A stretch of 60,197 nt of DNA from the IMG/VR virus record IMGVR_UViG_3300025137_000038, positions 1-60,197 of that record; one strand, written 5' to 3'. Made by a program: the position numbers and the translations under genes. Below, one piece after another: positions 56,128-60,197 of the stretch. The stretch's first letter is position 1, and each line of letters begins with the position of its first letter. Under the pieces are notes generated by a model that was given only the letters and a program-made list of their open reading frames with translations, searched no databases and had not been told where the DNA came from. The stretch is from a virus. Its lineage: Duplodnaviria; Caudoviricetes.

Positions 56128-56982
56128 TTATACCTTCTTTTTTACTTTAGTTTTTGTTTTAGTGATTGCGTTGAATTTATCGATCCTGGTTTGTTCAGCC
56201 GCGGTATCGTTGGCGTGTTGTCTAGTAAAACTAGGAGCCAAGTCATTCATCTCCAATATATCATCTCTAATATTCTGGTTACGTTTTTCTATATTCAATA
56301 CTCTAGTAAAACTATTTGTTATCGCCGCCGTGTAATACGCAAAAGGATTATCCGATTTACTTTCATCAAACTGTAAACCAATTTGTGCTAACTGTAATAA
56401 TGCTTGTCCTCGCATCTCGTCAACATAAGTGTATCCTCTCCAGTTATATCTGTGACTGTAACGTTCACAAAGCATCATATACATATTTGCTAACTTGTTT
56501 GTTACTTTGCCACCTTCTAATGTAAAGTTTCCATTATCCATACCACCAGTCCAGTGTGACTTGCCTACATTAACTAAATCATTTTCGTCATTAAAACGCC
56601 AATGTTGAAATGGAGGAAAGTTACATTTAACGTGATGATCTGCAACTGTCTTAGGATTCTTCTTACGTTCACTATCAGTAGGAATATGTTCGTGTGTCAT
56701 TACTCTAAAAATTAATTCACTTTTAGCAAATGATTTTGGGTCAACGGCAAAGTCTGCCATCTTTTTTCCTTTAATAGTATTTTCTTTATATCCGTTCTTT
56801 TGTATTCTGTCTGCTCTATTTTTACGAGCTTGATCGATTGTACTTTTTTTAATTTCTTTTGTCGAAGTTAAAATTATATCAAAAACCTTTGCTTCTTCAT
56901 CTATAAATGAGCCAAAACTGCTCTTAGATTTGTGAATTTCGATTAATAGGTCTCTGTTGTTGAGGTAATTTCTTACTGCCAT
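56128..56982 (-). CDS. gp55: Late transcription sigma factor (gp55-like)
   Basis: NYLNNRDL, NWRGYTYVDEM, FDESKSDNPFAYYT...EKRNQ; adjacent to gp47/gp46 as in T4. Confidence 0.88.
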   Translation of the reverse strand: MAVRNYLNNRDLLIEIHKSKSSFGSFIDEEAKVFDIILTSTKEIKKSTIDQARKNRADRIQKNGYKENTIKGKKMADFAVDPKSFAKSELIFRVMTHEHIPTDSERKKNPKTVADHHVKCNFPPFQHWRFNDENDLVNVGKSHWTGGMDNGNFTLEGGKVTNKLANMYMMLCERYSHRYNWRGYTYVDEMRGQALLQLAQIGLQFDESKSDNPFAYYTAAITNSFTRVLNIEKRNQNIRDDILEMNDLAPSFTRQHANDTAAEQTRIDKFNAITKTKTKVKKKV

Positions 56983-57011
56983 ATATTTGATTCCTTAAAT
57001 TATATACTCAT

Positions 57012-57040
57012 ATTATACACTCGATAAATACTAATATCAA
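57012..57040 (-). promoter_or_regulatory. Sigma70-type promoter of gp55
   Basis: TTGATA-17 nt-TATAAT. Confidence 0.7.
57023..57030 (+). promoter_or_regulatory. Late promoter box GATAAATA (baseplate operon)
   Basis: TAAATACTA, followed by RBS GAGG and ATG 57060. Confidence 0.65.
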
Positions 57041-57059
57041 GAGGAAAGATTAAAAAATT

Positions 57060-58025
57060 ATGGCACCACCAAATAGACGATTTACATCCAACACTGAACC
57101 CGACTTATCCCCTTTTGGAGGTAGTGGTCCAGCAGTAGGTACCAGTTCCAGCCAACAATCCAACACCGGAAACTTTAGTATTAAAGGTGCCGCGGATGCT
57201 TTTGGCAAAGGAATAGAACAGTTTAGCAGTGATTTCACTGGTATGCTTGGACAAGCCAAAGGAGCCATTGACGGTATTGTTAACAGTGATCCTGTTATTT
57301 CTAGGTTAATGGGTGCTGGCATTGACAAAGGTGCTAATCCTAACGATAAATTGGCTCAAATTGCGGCATCAAGTAGTGCAGTAGGTAAAGATAAAGATGA
57401 TCATCGAGTAAGACTTTCGTTGCCACCTGCGGCTAAGATACATTATCAAAAAGCCACTGTCCCTTACTTATTGGCACCGTTGCTACAAACTAACGGTATA
57501 ATCTTTCCATATACTCCACAACTTATATTTCAGCACAATGCTGATTATAGTCGTGTTAGTCCTACACATAGTAATTATCCTTTGAATTATTACAGTGCAA
57601 GTAATGTGAGTGACATTTCGATGTTTGGAGAATTTGTTAGTGAAACAGGACCAGATGCAAAATATGTACTTGCAGTTATAACATTTTTAAGAGCAGTTAC
57701 TAAAATGTTTAGTAATTCAGATGCTTTAGCAGGTAATCCGCCACCAATCTTAAGATTAAGTGGACACGGACAATACTTACTACCAAATGTTCCAGTAGTA
57801 GTAAACACAGTTTCAATTACTATGCCTAATAACGTTGACTATATTTCAATACCAACAGGGTTTAATGCAACGTCAGGTAAAGCGGCAACAACAAGAGTAC
57901 CAAAAAGTTTAGATATTAACGTTGGTCTAACACCAGTATACAGTAGAGAACAGTTACGAAGTTTTGGTGTAGACAGAATGACAGCAGGACAATTAATTGA
58001 TCCTAGCACAGGAGGACACATTTAA
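57060..58025 (+). CDS. Baseplate/tail tube initiator-like protein (gp48/gp54-like)
   Basis: GIIFPYTP...HSNYP...FLRAVTKMF...PPPILRLSGHG...NVPVVV...PNNVDY. Confidence 0.6.
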   Translation: MAPPNRRFTSNTEPDLSPFGGSGPAVGTSSSQQSNTGNFSIKGAADAFGKGIEQFSSDFTGMLGQAKGAIDGIVNSDPVISRLMGAGIDKGANPNDKLAQIAASSSAVGKDKDDHRVRLSLPPAAKIHYQKATVPYLLAPLLQTNGIIFPYTPQLIFQHNADYSRVSPTHSNYPLNYYSASNVSDISMFGEFVSETGPDAKYVLAVITFLRAVTKMFSNSDALAGNPPPILRLSGHGQYLLPNVPVVVNTVSITMPNNVDYISIPTGFNATSGKAATTRVPKSLDINVGLTPVYSREQLRSFGVDRMTAGQLIDPSTGGHI

Positions 58026-58324
58026 TGGCTGATTACAATGCTGACAGTCCTTACTTTAAAACACAAAAATTTGGAACTTATCTGGACGTTCTAGAACAAC
58101 GACCTATTAGTGCTAATCCATCAGATCAAAGATTAGTCATTAATGCAACTTATGAGTTTAGACCAGACTTGTTAGCAAATGACTTATATGACAATCCAAA
58201 ATTATGGTGGGTGTTTGCGGCAAGAAACCCAAACACAATTAAAGATCCAATCTGGGATATGAAAAAAGGAATGACAATTTTCTTGCCCAAGCAAGATAGA
58301 TTATTCAACGAATTAGGAATATAA
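58025..58324 (+). CDS. Baseplate wedge protein (gp53-like, LysM-like)
   Basis: YEFRPDLLANDLYDNPKLWWVFAARNP...IFLP. Confidence 0.75.
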   Translation: MADYNADSPYFKTQKFGTYLDVLEQRPISANPSDQRLVINATYEFRPDLLANDLYDNPKLWWVFAARNPNTIKDPIWDMKKGMTIFLPKQDRLFNELGI

Positions 58325-58325
58325 C

Positions 58326-60197
58326 ATGGCTGACTTTCCTCTCTATGACGAGTTCGGTGATCCAGTAAGAGATAAAAACGGTAAACCCGTTGTTGTCGGT
58401 GACAACGATCCTATTGTATCAACTGGAACAGGACAAGGCTTTCTAGACGAAGGCGGCAACTGGGTTCAGTACGGCATTGAAGGAGTAGCAGACGAATTAT
58501 CATTTGGAGATGGACTACCTCACGCAAGTGAGTTCGAAGGTTTAATAACTGAACCAAAAATATTTCCTATTGACGATACTACAAAGTCAATTGATGCAGT
58601 TGTACAAGGAATAGGATTAGACGAAAACGGATTTATTTCTGCAGAAGGTGGAGTTAACCTAGACGACTTAGATCCATTTGGTGGAGCAGGTCCAGAAGTA
58701 GAAGATATAAAAGCCACAGAGACAAGTACGTCTGCAAATAATACAAAACCCTTAACAATTACTATAGACAACGGCTGGTATGAAAGAAATAACCCATTAC
58801 ATTCGTTAGCCTCTTATACATATAATTTAGAATTGTATTTGTTAACTTATGAAGATTATAATAATTTTGTAAATGATCCAACATTTACTATTGAAAATAG
58901 TCCAGGACGTTTGTTAATTAAATCGGGTGGTGGAAACTATTCGATGAGAAACCCCCATTTTACAACAGATTTTTTCATTGATGATTTAGAAATTGATAGT
59001 GTTATAAGTCCAGGAGGCGGAAACAAAGGATCTGTTAACACAGGTGTAAGTTTTAAAATTACAGAACCTTATGGAATGACATTGTTAAACAGTTTAGTAC
59101 TAGCGGCAAATCATTTTGGTGCATACAATTATATTGAACAACCTTACTTGTTAAAAGTTAAAATTACTGGATACGATACAGAAGGTAAACCGGTAGGTAA
59201 TAAATGGTTAGGACAACGTGTAAGATATATCCCAATCAGACTTACAGATTTTAAATTTGGTGCAAGTGAACAAGGCACAACATATGATGTAACTGCAATT
59301 CCATATCACAGTATGGGCGTTCAAAGTACTGCATCAACTATTCCAGTTGACTTACAAATTGAAGCAAAAACAGTACATGACTTTTTTAATGTTGCATTAT
59401 CTGTTAACACAGGAGAGATGGAGCAACGAGGCGGCGGTCCACCTAATAGTCCATTAACACCAGTCAAACAATTAGAAAAAGGTTTAACAGGATACTTAAA
59501 TAAATTAGAAGATGATCACGTTAAAGCAAAGTTAAAAGGTGTTCCAGACATTTATGCTTTCGAAATTGATCCCGACATTTCAAAATCAAAGATTGTATTA
59601 CAAGAAGTTTTAGATTTATCTAAAACGAAAAATGATTCAGATCCTGCCAAAGTTGCACAACAAAGGTTTATGGAAAATTTAAACTTTGACGAATCAACTA
59701 AAACATATAGTATAAGAGCAGGAACAAGTATTATTAATACAGTACATAGTATATTACGTTCTTGCGAATATATGGTTAACCAAGTTGTTAGTGCAAACTT
59801 AAAAAATGTTGATAGTGCAACTGAAGGTTATGAAGAAGTAGAGGCTAAAGCAATTGACTTTTACAGAATTGTTCCTAAAATTACGTTAGGACCATATGAT
59901 AAGATTAGGAATGCTTATGCAAAATTAATTACATTTGTTATTAAGAAATATCAAATGACTGGTAAAGATTTTGAAAACTTAGGTCAAAAACGTGTTGAAT
60001 TAATATCAAAATACTATGATTATTTTTATACAGGAAAGAATAGAGATATAATAAGTTTTGATGTTGAATTTAATGCGGCTTACTTTCAGACATATACATA
60101 CAATATGTTAGAGAAAGCAGGATCATTTCCAACACCTTTAGCACAAACAAAATTAGACGAAGCATTACACGAAGGACAAACTGCGAAGACAGGTAAC
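58326..60197 (+). CDS. Large baseplate hub-like protein, 5' part (runs off window)
   Basis: ATG just after the gp53-like stop; MADFPLYDEFGDP...NPLHSLASYTYNL...FFIDDLEI...FKITEPYG; appears open to the window end. Confidence 0.6.
   Translation, partial: MADFPLYDEFGDPVRDKNGKPVVVGDNDPIVSTGTGQGFLDEGGNWVQYGIEGVADELSFGDGLPHASEFEGLITEPKIFPIDDTTKSIDAVVQGIGLDENGFISAEGGVNLDDLDPFGGAGPEVEDIKATETSTSANNTKPLTITIDNGWYERNNPLHSLASYTYNLELYLLTYEDYNNFVNDPTFTIENSPGRLLIKSGGGNYSMRNPHFTTDFFIDDLEIDSVISPGGGNKGSVNTGVSFKITEPYGMTLLNSLVLAANHFGAYNYIEQPYLLKVKITGYDTEGKPVGNKWLGQRVRYIPIRLTDFKFGASEQGTTYDVTAIPYHSMGVQSTASTIPVDLQIEAKTVHDFFNVALSVNTGEMEQRGGGPPNSPLTPVKQLEKGLTGYLNKLEDDHVKAKLKGVPDIYAFEIDPDISKSKIVLQEVLDLSKTKNDSDPAKVAQQRFMENLNFDESTKTYSIRAGTSIINTVHSILRSCEYMVNQVVSANLKNVDSATEGYEEVEAKAIDFYRIVPKITLGPYDKIRNAYAKLITFVIKKYQMTGKDFENLGQKRVELISKYYDYFYTGKNRDIISFDVEFNAAYFQTYTYNMLEKAGSFPTPLAQTKLDEALHEGQTAKTGN

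Noticed and set aside
1-60197. Stop-codon reassignment as seen in some large phages
   Set aside because: Core genes are full length in the standard code, and both TAA and TAG end genes at expected boundaries.

Overview
AT-rich segment of a large T4-like myovirus genome, probably marine (inferred from the AMGs and the glutamine riboswitch). It holds almost the whole morphogenesis region: terminase small and large subunits, gp4, tail tube and sheath, neck gp13/14/15, about ten tail-fibre or virion structural genes, major capsid, scaffold, prohead protease, portal, tape measure and baseplate genes. It also carries the dNMP kinase, gp46/gp47, a Holliday junction resolvase and the late sigma factor gp55. 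About 20 TAAATA late-promoter boxes, three sigma70-type promoters and three C(UNCG)G terminators can be read directly. Signals the ORF track does not explain: (1) a glnA-class glutamine riboswitch just downstream of the major capsid gene, in front of an unannotated 51-aa basic peptide that resembles the glutamine synthetase inactivating factor IF7; (2) a probable programmed -1 frameshift (T TTT TTC, 6-nt spacer, three-way stem) extending the gp26-like chaperone next to the tape measure gene; (3) a ~370-nt heavily base-paired non-coding region next to the resolvase; (4) a tail-fibre-linked cassette with a U32 (Fe-S hydroxylase family)-methyltransferase fusion, a 2OG-Fe(II) oxygenase, a DUF401-like transporter and a Maf/DUF115-like protein; (5) phage TctC/TctA transporter genes behind a structured leader; (6) systematic GCWGC avoidance; (7) the gp55 promoter overlapping a divergent late promoter. 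All family calls come from motif recognition by eye; no database search was run.
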